A stretch of 64,000 nt of DNA, taken from the NCBI GenBank assembly GCA_047517965.1, contig JAKZRU010000016.1, forward strand, positions 34,484-98,483, given 5' to 3'. Each line of letters opens with the position of its first letter. Positions within the stretch are counted from its first letter, which is position 1. The position numbers and the translations under genes were made by a program. Under the pieces are notes generated by a model. The model ran no database searches, was not told the origin of the DNA, and saw only the letters and a program-made list of their open reading frames with translations. Positions 11,870 through 20,944 of the stretch are shown one piece after another. This DNA is from Gammaproteobacteria bacterium. Its GTDB lineage: Bacteria > Pseudomonadota > Gammaproteobacteria > Arenicellales > JAJDZL01.

Positions 11870-11883
11870 ATATATATATATAT
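11870..11883. repeat. (AT)7 dinucleotide repeat
   Basis: A direct read gives atatatatatatat, 14 nt upstream of the candidate nirK -35. Confidence 0.9.
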
Positions 11884-12099
11884 CAACAATATATTTACTC
11901 ATCCTTAATTTTATGACCGCAATGTTTTTGCCGCTTGGTTATATTGATCGTCAAATGAATCTTGACTGCCAACAAAAGAGGCATCTTTAGGAATTATTAT
12001 CACACTGTGCATTAGCAAAACCTATCTGAATAGTCTTTTCCATTAGAGTTACGTGTTCTCTGTCAACCGTACCACAGCTAGTTTTCATATACATGTAGT

Positions 12100-12648
12100 T
12101 TAATCCGAGCCCTCCGGCGGTGGACAATCAAGCTGAATATTTTCCAATTGATCTTCAAATCCAAAATTACGCATATCTTCTATGCGCATTGGATAAAGTA
12201 TGCCATCAAGATGGTCACATTCATGCTGCACAACACGAGAATGAAAATCCGTCACTGTTCTGTCAATAGAATTGCCGTTCAAATCAATTCCCGTATATCG
12301 AATATTTGTATTTCGAGCCACTAATCCTCGCATTCCAGGCACGCTGAGACACCCTTCCCACCCGTACTGCATGTCGTCATCCAGCACTTCAAATTCAGGA
12401 TTGACCAAGACAGTAAACGGTATTTCTTCCGCGTCGGGATATCTTGGATTGTTTTCGACACCAAATATCACTACCCGCTTCATCACTCCAATTTGCGGAG
12501 CCGCAAGTCCAGCGCCATCAACAGCGTTCATAGTTTCGATCATGTCGGTAACAATCTCTTTCAGTTCCAGCAATTCAGATTCATTTACGGGCTTGGATTG
12601 TTCAAACAAACGAGGATCGCCCATTTTGAGTATTTTTTGTGTTGTCAT
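12100..12648 (-). CDS. def: Peptide deformylase (stand-alone copy, not next to fmt)
   Basis: Three PDF motifs are present: GLAAPQIG, EGCLSVPG and HECDHLDG. The N-terminus ILKMGDPRL resembles what I recall of second-copy deformylases. Confidence 0.93.
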   Translation of the reverse strand: MTTQKILKMGDPRLFEQSKPVNESELLELKEIVTDMIETMNAVDGAGLAAPQIGVMKRVVIFGVENNPRYPDAEEIPFTVLVNPEFEVLDDDMQYGWEGCLSVPGMRGLVARNTNIRYTGIDLNGNSIDRTVTDFHSRVVQHECDHLDGILYPMRIEDMRNFGFEDQLENIQLDCPPPEGSD

Positions 12649-12965
12649 GCTGAAATATTAATCAATGTTAGCTATTGAATGGTTTGAAAGCCTTAGAAAC
12701 TCAGACCTGCAATGGTCTAATCCTAGTAGAAGTATCGTACTAAACAAATTGTCCCAGGTTTTCGTGAATTACGCTATTATCCGTGTTTTACAATTTGTTT
12801 TTTCAATAATGTATTACTACCCGAATTTTGCCAGATTTAGTTTTGCTCAATTCAATGTCCAGAGCAGAAACTACGAAGATGATAACAACACCATATTAAG
12901 GTTTCGGACGACATTCGGAACCTTAGAGAGATTCACTTTGACTTTGTATTGCCCTTCTTGAATCC

Positions 12966-13637
12966 ATGACGTTCGCTCGCTCAATACAAATTCTTACAGC
13001 CTGCCTATTACTCGGTTTAGCCGTTGCAGTCAAAGCTTCGCCTGTGAATATCGAAGTGATAGTATTTTCCAACAACAGCCCCTCAGTAAAAGATAGTGAA
13101 TGGTTTCAACAACCTGGCACATACATAAGGGTGGATCAATTTGAGGCTCCAACCGAAGATAATTTCACATCTAACGACAATCCAACTTCCAGTGCCCAAC
13201 CAATACCAGTGCAAGCTACTCGCCTCACCAAAATTGCCAAACTGTTGGAAAATGATCCTGATTACGAGCTCTTGAATTACCTGAGCTGGACCCAAGAACC
13301 AGTGCGAAAATCAAGAACCATACCAGTGCCATTCGACATTGAGCACTCGGAATTGCAAATTGTTCCCCAATATTTGCTGGCAGGGGAAATTCTCGTCTAT
13401 GAGGTGCAGCAACTGCTGCAATGTGAAATTGATGTGATTTACAAACCGACTCCAGATATAAACAAAGAAACAGTCTACCTGCCTGAATCTGTGACGCTCT
13501 ACGAAGGGAATACCAGATTCAAACTCAGCGAACGTCGACGAGTTCAGATTGACGAAGTTCACTACTTTGATCATCCGAAATTCGGCGTGATATTTACGAT
13601 AAGTCGACCAAAATCTCCTGAATCTTATGTGCAATAG
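12966..13637 (+). CDS. Exported protein, CsiV/DUF2803-like (function uncertain)
   Basis: Signal peptide (LLLGLAVAVKASP). The C-terminal VHYFDHPKFGVIF resembles the conserved motif I recall for CsiV-family periplasmic proteins. It sits between the mfd region and the MTAP-like gene, as I recall for Pseudomonas. Confidence 0.5.
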   Translation: MTFARSIQILTACLLLGLAVAVKASPVNIEVIVFSNNSPSVKDSEWFQQPGTYIRVDQFEAPTEDNFTSNDNPTSSAQPIPVQATRLTKIAKLLENDPDYELLNYLSWTQEPVRKSRTIPVPFDIEHSELQIVPQYLLAGEILVYEVQQLLQCEIDVIYKPTPDINKETVYLPESVTLYEGNTRFKLSERRRVQIDEVHYFDHPKFGVIFTISRPKSPESYVQ

Positions 13638-13649
13638 CCCAATCTTGTG

Positions 13650-14441
13650 CTATCGCATAACCAAAGATTCCGAATAAAATTTTTCCGACATAGTTACGTT
13701 ATCAAGCGTTTCTTGCAACAGAATATTGAGATTTCCAATCCCTCGCTCCATTGAACGTCTGATTTTCTCATCGGTAATTTGACCTTCACCTCGACCCGCC
13801 GCAGAATTTACCATCAGTGTCACACAGGCATAGCACAAGCCCTTCTCGGCTGCAAGTGCCGCTTCTGGCATACCGGTCATGCCAACAACGTCGCCTCCAT
13901 CTGTTTCTATCCGATTTACTTCCGCTGGCGTTTCAAATCTCGGGCCTTGCGTAGCTGCGTAAACCCCACCGTCTGCCAGTTCAACACCGCAATTGTCAGC
14001 TGCTTTCAACAAAGCGTTTCTTACTTGAACAGAGTAAGGCGTAGTCATCTCAAGATGCCCGACAGAGCCATCCTCCCCATCGAAGAAAGTCGATTCTCGG
14101 CCCCAGGTATAGTCTATCAATTGATCGGGTAAAAACAGGTCTCCTGGTTTCAAGCTTGAGCGAATGCCACCGACTGTGGCATTTGCGACAACCACGTCGA
14201 TTCCAAGCTCTGCTAAAGCCCAGATATTCGCACGATAATTGATTTTGTGGGGCGGGATGGAATGCCCAACTCCATGTCGATACAGAAGATAAAACTGAGT
14301 GCCACTACTAGTGGCTCGAATGATGGGGGAAGATGGTTTGCCGAACGGCGTTTCGATGTCGATTTGTTCATCGATCATCATGTCTGGCAGCAACGATGCG
14401 GAACCGGACCCCCCGATAATCGCGATTGACATCGAACTCAT
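13650..14441 (-). CDS. mtnP: S-methyl-5'-thioadenosine/-thioinosine phosphorylase (MTAP family)
   Basis: IAIIGGSG N-terminus, PNP/MTAP family core (PHKINYRANIWAL, GMTGMPEA). The start is trimmed to ATG 14441, because the longer track ORF would overlap lapB. Confidence 0.85.
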   Translation of the reverse strand: MSSMSIAIIGGSGSASLLPDMMIDEQIDIETPFGKPSSPIIRATSSGTQFYLLYRHGVGHSIPPHKINYRANIWALAELGIDVVVANATVGGIRSSLKPGDLFLPDQLIDYTWGRESTFFDGEDGSVGHLEMTTPYSVQVRNALLKAADNCGVELADGGVYAATQGPRFETPAEVNRIETDGGDVVGMTGMPEAALAAEKGLCYACVTLMVNSAAGRGEGQITDEKIRRSMERGIGNLNILLQETLDNVTMSEKFYSESLVMR

Positions 14442-14463
14442 GAATTCCGCTAGGCGAAGCTTC

Positions 14464-15660
14464 CTAGACTTCTGACTCCAAGGGTATCGATTTTGCTGGT
14501 AGTTCCGAGTGCCGAGCTGCAACGATTGTATTCCAGCCTCGACAGCCTGGACACTGCCAGTGTAGTGTCTTTACTGAGTAGCCACATCTTTGGCATTTGT
14601 AGCGTCGCGCAGTATCGATCTCTTGATGTATCAGTTTCTCAATTAATTTGAAGTCACTGGTCGGGACTAACCCAGCAGGCATCTTGAGCTTTAGAAGAAT
14701 CAGTCGATGCAGACAATGGACGGATGGATGATTCCGAATCCAGTTGATCAGATATTTTTCCGCGGATTCATCCTTTTTCTGTGCTTCAAGTGCATCAACA
14801 TACGCAATCGCCAACTCCGAATCTGATGCAGCCTCTGCAGTCGCCCGCAAGTAATCTGTCAATTCACCAGTTTTATTAATAGCCCTATAACTTTCGGTCA
14901 CCAACCCAACCGTTTCAGGGACGAATTCCGGATTCTTTTGCTCAATCGTTCGCCAGATTGATATCGCCGCCTGGTGGTCTCCGCGAATTGCCTTGACGCG
15001 TCCCAATTGAAGAATTGCACGAACGCAATTTGCATCAATTGATGTCGATTCCTTAAGGTACTCCTGAGCCTGATCGTAGCGACCTTCCCGAATCGCCTCC
15101 TCTGCTTTCTCACAATAATACTGCGCCAGTAAAGGTGAATAATCTTTGGATGAAATTCGATTCAAATTATTAGTAATCTTGATACAGTTATTCCATTCCT
15201 TTTCCTGCTCATAAATATCGCGAAGAATTTCGCTTGCCTGCTCCTGGTACCTTCCATCTTTCGACAGCTCGGTAAAAATCTTCTCTGCACGGTCCAGAAT
15301 GCCAGCCGTATAAAAATCATATCCCAGTTCGAAAATCGCTTGAATTTTTTGATCGCCAGTTAGGTCAGAGCGATCGATTAAATTCTCGTGAATCAGAGTT
15401 GCACGCTCGATTTCTCCTCGTCGACGATACAGATTGCCCAAGGTAAGATGAATTTCGATGGTTTCACTGTCAACCTCCAGCATATCCAGAAAAAGCTCAA
15501 TCGCTTTGTCATGCTGTTCATTCAGCAGATAGTTGATGCCCTGCAGATAAACAGCTGGAATTTTGCTGCGTCTTCGCCATTGAAACTTAGACGAGTTTGC
15601 GGCTATCCAGCCGGATGCGGCCGCAATTGGCAGTAATAAAATCAGCCACGCTGGGTCCAT
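14464..15660 (-). CDS. lapB: Lipopolysaccharide assembly protein LapB (YciM)
   Basis: N-terminal TM helix, TPR repeats and a C-terminal rubredoxin-like CQRCGY...WQCPGC zinc finger. Follows lapA. Confidence 0.9.
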   Translation of the reverse strand: MDPAWLILLLPIAAASGWIAANSSKFQWRRRSKIPAVYLQGINYLLNEQHDKAIELFLDMLEVDSETIEIHLTLGNLYRRRGEIERATLIHENLIDRSDLTGDQKIQAIFELGYDFYTAGILDRAEKIFTELSKDGRYQEQASEILRDIYEQEKEWNNCIKITNNLNRISSKDYSPLLAQYYCEKAEEAIREGRYDQAQEYLKESTSIDANCVRAILQLGRVKAIRGDHQAAISIWRTIEQKNPEFVPETVGLVTESYRAINKTGELTDYLRATAEAASDSELAIAYVDALEAQKKDESAEKYLINWIRNHPSVHCLHRLILLKLKMPAGLVPTSDFKLIEKLIHQEIDTARRYKCQRCGYSVKTLHWQCPGCRGWNTIVAARHSELPAKSIPLESEV

Positions 15661-15664
15661 GGAC

Positions 15665-15913
15665 TTAACTCTCTCGCTTCTTTGAACTACTTGCGTCCGA
15701 GAATATTTTCTTCTTTAGCGAAGCTGTCATATAGACCAGTATTCCCGTAAGTACGCCAACAATAAATACAACAATGACTAACCATGACAGGGGGCCGTTC
15801 CAATGTATGCCAAAATAGTAGGATAGCTCGACTACCTGTGAATTCTTGATCGTAAACGTCACCCCAACAAAGAAAGCAACCGCAACGACAACGGCAAGAA
15901 ATAACTTTTTCAA
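15665..15913 (-). CDS. lapA: Lipopolysaccharide assembly protein LapA (YciS, DUF1049)
   Basis: 82 aa with two TM helices. It lies immediately upstream of lapB, with a 4-nt gap. Confidence 0.7.
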   Translation of the reverse strand: MKKLFLAVVVAVAFFVGVTFTIKNSQVVELSYYFGIHWNGPLSWLVIVVFIVGVLTGILVYMTASLKKKIFSDASSSKKRES

Positions 15914-15973
15914 GCAAGCCTCAGAAACAGATTAAGCAATTACCAAAAGGCGATTGTGGGAACGACCTCCCGA

Positions 15974-16273
15974 TTAGTCCGTGCCCTGCAATGGGTTGTT
16001 CACCCGCTCACGCAGATTCCGACCCGGCTTGAATCGAGGGAAATATTTTCCCTCGACTGTAACCGAATCGCCGGTTCTTGGATTTCGTCCACGTCTCGCT
16101 TCTCGGTAGCGCAACTGCAAACTTCCAAACCTGCGAATTTCAACTCGCTTCCCTTCTGCTAATCCATCAGAAATGCAATCTAGAATCACATCTACAGCCA
16201 TGCGTACGTCATCTCTGGACAGTTCACTGCCCTCTCCTTCCGCCAATGCGCCAATCAGTTCCTGTTTAGTCAT
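15974..16273 (-). CDS. ihfB: Integration host factor beta subunit
   Basis: 99 aa. MTKQELI..., an RNPRTGDSV arm and the HU/IHF fold pattern. Downstream of rpsA. Confidence 0.95.
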   Translation of the reverse strand: MTKQELIGALAEGEGSELSRDDVRMAVDVILDCISDGLAEGKRVEIRRFGSLQLRYREARRGRNPRTGDSVTVEGKYFPRFKPGRNLRERVNNPLQGTD

Positions 16274-16299
16274 TCTAGGATTCCTTTAGTTTGAGTTTA

Positions 16300-17979
16300 T
16301 CACTCCGAAGATGCGAAGAATTTCTCTTTCAGTTTCTCCCCCAGTGTCCGTACTGGTACAGCTTCTTCTGTGGCAAATTCCTGGAATGCGTGACCTTCCG
16401 CATCCAGTTCCAATGCCTTAATGGAGAGTGAGATTTTTCTATTCTTGCGATCAATGCTCAGGATTTTTGAGGTAATTTCTTGATCAATTTCTAATGCTAC
16501 CTTCGCTTCTCTGTGCTTACTCCTGGCCAACTCAATGTTGCGAATGACCCCAAAGACACCATCCGAAAGTTTCACAGTTACCCCTCTGTCATCGGTTTCG
16601 GCAATGACTCCTTGCACAGTTGCACCTTTACCATGTTCCGAAAGGAAACTAGTGAATGGATCTTCTTGAATCTGCTTGATTCCCAATGAAATACGCTCCC
16701 GTTCAGCATCAATCGTCAAGATGATAACTTCAATGTCATCACCTTTATTGAAATTGCGGATCTGCTCTTCACCATCATCATGCCAGCTGAGGTCGTTGAT
16801 ATGAACAAGCCCGTCGATACCCTGCTCAAGCGATACGAAAATTCCAAAGTCAGTCAACGATTTGATTTCACCTTTGATTCTTTCGCCTTTTTCGTGGGTG
16901 CCAGCAAAATCTAACCATGGATTTTGCATACACTGTTTGATGCCGAGAGAAATTCGATGACGTTCCATATCGATTGACAGAATCATCACCTCTACTTCTT
17001 CTCCAATACTGTAAACGGTATGAGGGTGGATATTTTTAGAGGTCCAATCCATTTCAGATACGTGCACCAGTCCCTTGACGCCTTCTTCAATTTCAACGAA
17101 CACACCGTAATCGGCAATGCTAGCCACCTTGCCGTACAAACGATCACCAATCTTATAGCGCCTGTTAACATTCGACCACGGGTCTTCCGTCAACTGCTTC
17201 AAGCCAAGCGAGATTCGCGAACGCTCACGGTCACACTTGAGAACTCTGACATTAATCGTCTCGCCGATAGTCAGAATATCCGAAGGATGCTTGATTCGCT
17301 TCCAAGCTAGATCAGTAATATGCAACAACCCATCGATGCCACCCAAGTTGACAAATGCTCCGTAATCGGTAAGATTCTTGACTACGCCTTCGATGGTCTG
17401 ACCCTCTTCCAATGTAGAAAGAAGAGCATCTCGCTCTGCTGACAGTTCTTTTTCCAATACGGCTTTACGAGAAACAACAACGTTGTTTCTGGCACGGTCG
17501 AGTTTGATAATCTTAATATCAACAGGATCGGTCTCAAGTTCAAACTCTTCATCATCAAGTGATATCCTGGAACCATAGAGGGAGCCCGGTAGGAAAGCTC
17601 GGATATTATCGATCGATATGGAAAATCCACCTTTCACTCGGCTCGTGATAAGGCCAGTAATGACGCTTTGATCTTCGAAAGCCTTTTCTATTTTTTCCCA
17701 CGCGCGGGCCCTACATGCTTTTTCTCTTGATAGGCGCGTACGTCCATTTCCATCTTCTACAGTTTCGATTTCAACTTCTACTTCGTCACCGACTTTCACG
17801 TTGTATTCGCCTTTCATGTCTTTAAACTGCCACAGCGGAATTTCCGCTTCGGATTTCAATCCGGCACTTACGATGACATTCTCTCTGCCGACATGAACAA
17901 TTTTGCCAAGTATTACCTCGCCAGCCCGCATTTCAGTGTCTTTGATACTTTCCTCAAATAATTCAGTAAATGATTCCAT
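16300..17979 (-). CDS. rpsA: 30S ribosomal protein S1
   Basis: 559 aa with six S1 repeats. N-terminus MESFTELFEES. Confidence 0.97.
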   Translation of the reverse strand: MESFTELFEESIKDTEMRAGEVILGKIVHVGRENVIVSAGLKSEAEIPLWQFKDMKGEYNVKVGDEVEVEIETVEDGNGRTRLSREKACRARAWEKIEKAFEDQSVITGLITSRVKGGFSISIDNIRAFLPGSLYGSRISLDDEEFELETDPVDIKIIKLDRARNNVVVSRKAVLEKELSAERDALLSTLEEGQTIEGVVKNLTDYGAFVNLGGIDGLLHITDLAWKRIKHPSDILTIGETINVRVLKCDRERSRISLGLKQLTEDPWSNVNRRYKIGDRLYGKVASIADYGVFVEIEEGVKGLVHVSEMDWTSKNIHPHTVYSIGEEVEVMILSIDMERHRISLGIKQCMQNPWLDFAGTHEKGERIKGEIKSLTDFGIFVSLEQGIDGLVHINDLSWHDDGEEQIRNFNKGDDIEVIILTIDAERERISLGIKQIQEDPFTSFLSEHGKGATVQGVIAETDDRGVTVKLSDGVFGVIRNIELARSKHREAKVALEIDQEITSKILSIDRKNRKISLSIKALELDAEGHAFQEFATEEAVPVRTLGEKLKEKFFASSE

Positions 17980-18007
17980 TAGTAAATTCAGTTCTCCAGG
18001 TTAAAAA

Positions 18008-18730
18008 TTAAAGTGTACTTCCATATTGAGTCTCCCCTGATTTTCCCAAAATCGTATTCAAGCTATCCAGTACACTCATTAACGCTTCATCTGCATCCAT
18101 AGATGAAGTATCAAGAGTTAACGCACCTTCAGGCCTTGTCAATGGTGCATGATTGCGAGTTGAATCCCGCTCATCCCTACTCCCGATCTCATTGTATATA
18201 TTATCATAGTTGACTTGAATTCCTTGATTCTTCAATTGATTGTACTTTCTTTGTGCCCGGGAACGGAGATTTGCAGTTAAAAATACTTTGAATGCAGCAT
18301 CAGGAAATACCACAGTTCCCATGTCTCTACCATCCGCCACCAGTCCGGGTGAACGATTATAGTTCCTCTGAATCGATAGCAGAGCCTGGCGGATTTCCGG
18401 ATGAACTGCCAGTTCCGAAGCCAGCCGACTGCACTGCGGCGTGCGAATTCGTTCGCTGATTTCCAGTCCGCCCAGATATACGCTGGCCTCACCTCCAAAT
18501 GGCGAAGCAACGCATCGAAAATCAATTGCCTGCAAATGCTCAACGATTGACTCGATCTGCGAAACCGGCAGCGAATTCTCGCTGACGATACACGCGCATG
18601 TTCGATACAGAGCACCGCTATCCAGGAAATTCCATCCCAAGCGCAACGCCAGTTTCTGCCCCACTGTTCCTTTACCAGAACCTGCGGGGCCATCAATCGT
18701 TATAACTACACCCTCGGAATCAGCCATCAA
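18008..18730 (-). CDS. cmk: Cytidylate kinase
   Basis: ITIDGPAGSGKGT P-loop. cmk-rpsA adjacency. Confidence 0.93.
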   Translation of the reverse strand: MMADSEGVVITIDGPAGSGKGTVGQKLALRLGWNFLDSGALYRTCACIVSENSLPVSQIESIVEHLQAIDFRCVASPFGGEASVYLGGLEISERIRTPQCSRLASELAVHPEIRQALLSIQRNYNRSPGLVADGRDMGTVVFPDAAFKVFLTANLRSRAQRKYNQLKNQGIQVNYDNIYNEIGSRDERDSTRNHAPLTRPEGALTLDTSSMDADEALMSVLDSLNTILGKSGETQYGSTL

Positions 18731-20037
18731 TCACCCGACTCCACGACGATATTCATTCCAGCGTCTATTGCAAGTTTCGAAAATCCCGGGAATGAAGTAT
18801 CTACGCATTGGCAATTTTTTACCTGCACTTCCGCCGCAGCGACTGCCCCTGCAACTGCGAATGCCATGGCAATTCTGTGGTCGCCAAAGCTGTTCACGAC
18901 GCCACCATTCATGGTGCCTCCTTCAATAATCATGCCAGCTGGCTGTTCTTCAACGGTAACTCCAAGCTGCTCCAACCCTCTTGCGATCGAATGGATTCGA
19001 TCGCTCTCCTTGACGCGCAGTTCTTCACAGCCAGAAAGTACGGTTCTCCCTTGTGCATTTGCCGCAGCGATTGCAAGTATCGGAATTTCATCAATCATTC
19101 TTGGAATTACTTCGGGACTTACATCGATGCCTTTCAAGCGATTGACGCTTCGAACACGCAGGTCGGCGACGGGTTCCATTTCGACTGTTTGATGATTGCT
19201 GAATTCAAACAAAGCTCCCATGGATTCCAGTACTTCCAAAAGACCGATTCGAGTCGGATTGATGCCGACTCCAGTGAGAGTGATATCCGAGTGAGGAATC
19301 AACAAAGCAGCAACGATAAAAAAAGCTGCGGAGGAAAAATCTGCCGGCACTCGTAGCTGCTGTCCCTTTAGTTCGACACCTCCCTTAACCGAAATTTTTC
19401 CATTTCGACTCTCAACGGAGCAACCGAATTTACGCAGCAGATTTTCGGTGTGATTGCGTGTAACTTTTGGTTCAATTACGTGCGTTTGAAGACGACTATA
19501 CAAGCCTGCCAGTAGAATGGCTGATTTCACCTGGGCACTGGCAACAGGCAGCGTCCACTCGATCGACTTTAACTCACTGACAGGGGTAATGGTTACCGGC
19601 GGTGTGTCCGACTCTGATAACTCGATTGATGCTCCCATCAGACGCAGCGGCTCGACAACACGAAGCATCGGGCGTGCTGATAACGACTCGTCCCCTGTAA
19701 ATTGCACCGGAAACATCTGACCTGAAAAGAGCCCAGTCAATAATCGCAGACTGGTTCCAGAATTTCCGCAGTAAATAGCCGAATCCGGCTCTCTCAATCC
19801 ACATAACCCTTTGCCTTCGATGACTACGCTGGCTCCGTTTTTCTCGATGTTCACACCGCACGCCCGGAAAGCATCAATCGTCCTTTGAACATCTTCACCG
19901 AGCAACAGTCCATCTATGCGTGTCATTCCGCACGCGATTGAACCCAATAGCACTGTTCTGTGTGAAATGGACTTGTCACCGGGAACCGAGATTCGGCCTG
20001 CCAGCGGCGTGCCGGGACGAATTTTGAAATTGATCAA
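18727..20037 (-). CDS. aroA: 3-phosphoshikimate 1-carboxyvinyltransferase (EPSP synthase)
   Basis: 436 aa. VPGDKSISHR and LGNSGTS-like (CGNSGTSLRL) motifs. 4-nt overlap with cmk. Confidence 0.95.
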   Translation of the reverse strand: MINFKIRPGTPLAGRISVPGDKSISHRTVLLGSIACGMTRIDGLLLGEDVQRTIDAFRACGVNIEKNGASVVIEGKGLCGLREPDSAIYCGNSGTSLRLLTGLFSGQMFPVQFTGDESLSARPMLRVVEPLRLMGASIELSESDTPPVTITPVSELKSIEWTLPVASAQVKSAILLAGLYSRLQTHVIEPKVTRNHTENLLRKFGCSVESRNGKISVKGGVELKGQQLRVPADFSSAAFFIVAALLIPHSDITLTGVGINPTRIGLLEVLESMGALFEFSNHQTVEMEPVADLRVRSVNRLKGIDVSPEVIPRMIDEIPILAIAAANAQGRTVLSGCEELRVKESDRIHSIARGLEQLGVTVEEQPAGMIIEGGTMNGGVVNSFGDHRIAMAFAVAGAVAAAEVQVKNCQCVDTSFPGFSKLAIDAGMNIVVESGD

Positions 20038-20046
20038 GATTCGACT

Positions 20047-20937
20047 TTAGCTTTGTGATCCGATATCTTGCCACTGGGCGAGATTGCGATCACGGGTAGA
20101 TTTTGCAGTGGTGAGAATTTCCTCGAGAATCGCACCGTCTCGATTGGTAACACTTCTTAAGATGACGCTCAACTCGTTGATATAACCTTCCAGCTCCCTC
20201 GCGATAGCTTCCGAATTTGCCATGCTAATATCGTGCCACATTGTGGCATCACTAGATGCAATGCGTGTGAAATCGTAAAATCCGGAAGCAGCCAATTCAA
20301 AACACTCTCGATTTCTTTGGTGATTGGCGATATAGTGCACCAGGCCGAATGCGATCAGATGAGGAAGATGACTGCTTGCAGCGACAAGGTCATCATGAAG
20401 ATTCACGTCCATATCACTGACCACTGAACCGGCGGTAATCCACATGTTTCGCACCGTCTCAACTGCTTCATCGCCAGACCTATCCGTCGGTGTAATTATT
20501 GTGCGCTTTCTATCAAATAATTCTGCGAATGCAGCGGATACACCAGAATGTTCTGCACCGGCAATCGGATGCGCCCCGATGAAGCCAGAATAATTGGTAC
20601 TGAAATGCCGTTCAGCTGATTCTACGATATGCTTCTTGACACTTCCGACGTCAGTGACAATCGAATCATGGTAATGCGACTGCGCGATAATCTGAATCGT
20701 TGCATCGAATGACAGCACTGGAGTTGCAACAACAACTACATCCGAGCCCGGAACTTCCTCTGTAATGTTCCTAGTGAATCGATCAATGACGCCGAGTTCA
20801 ACCGCTTTCTCCAAGCTTTCAAGCGTTCTTCCAGCACCGACAATTTCCCGTACTGCTCCGGCTTTGCGTAATGCCAGCGCCAGTGACCCTCCAATCAGGC
20901 CTACACCAATTATCAGTAATTTATTCAATTGAAACAT
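20047..20937 (-). CDS. tyrA: Prephenate dehydrogenase
   Basis: Rossmann motif IIGVGLIGGSLALAL. HPIAGAEHSG catalytic region. Confidence 0.9.
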   Translation of the reverse strand: MFQLNKLLIIGVGLIGGSLALALRKAGAVREIVGAGRTLESLEKAVELGVIDRFTRNITEEVPGSDVVVVATPVLSFDATIQIIAQSHYHDSIVTDVGSVKKHIVESAERHFSTNYSGFIGAHPIAGAEHSGVSAAFAELFDRKRTIITPTDRSGDEAVETVRNMWITAGSVVSDMDVNLHDDLVAASSHLPHLIAFGLVHYIANHQRNRECFELAASGFYDFTRIASSDATMWHDISMANSEAIARELEGYINELSVILRSVTNRDGAILEEILTTAKSTRDRNLAQWQDIGSQS

Positions 20938-20944
20938 TTTGTAA

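Noticed and set aside
11930-11960. An FNR/NnrR-type box upstream of nirK (TTGATCGTCAA).
   Set aside because: The spacing is TTGA-N3-TCAA rather than TTGAT-N4-ATCAA. It also lies about 90 nt upstream of the candidate -35, not centred near -41.5.
12649-12965. The 98-aa ORF 12665-12961, and a hairpin (AAGGTT...AACCTT at about 12899-12925), in the def / CsiV-like spacer.
   Set aside because: The ORF has no motif and an implausible composition (Phe/Tyr/Asn-rich, from AT-rich DNA). The hairpin has only a 6-bp stem with a 15-nt loop and no T-tract.
14442-14522. N-terminal extensions of track ORFs that overlap the neighbouring gene: the MTAP-like gene to 14522, the YoaA-like gene to 49754, ubiG from 27266, nirK to 11843, and MNT from 42365.
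   Set aside because: In each case an internal ATG coincides with the conserved family N-terminus and removes a 50-170-nt overlap with the adjacent gene. The extensions have no family similarity.
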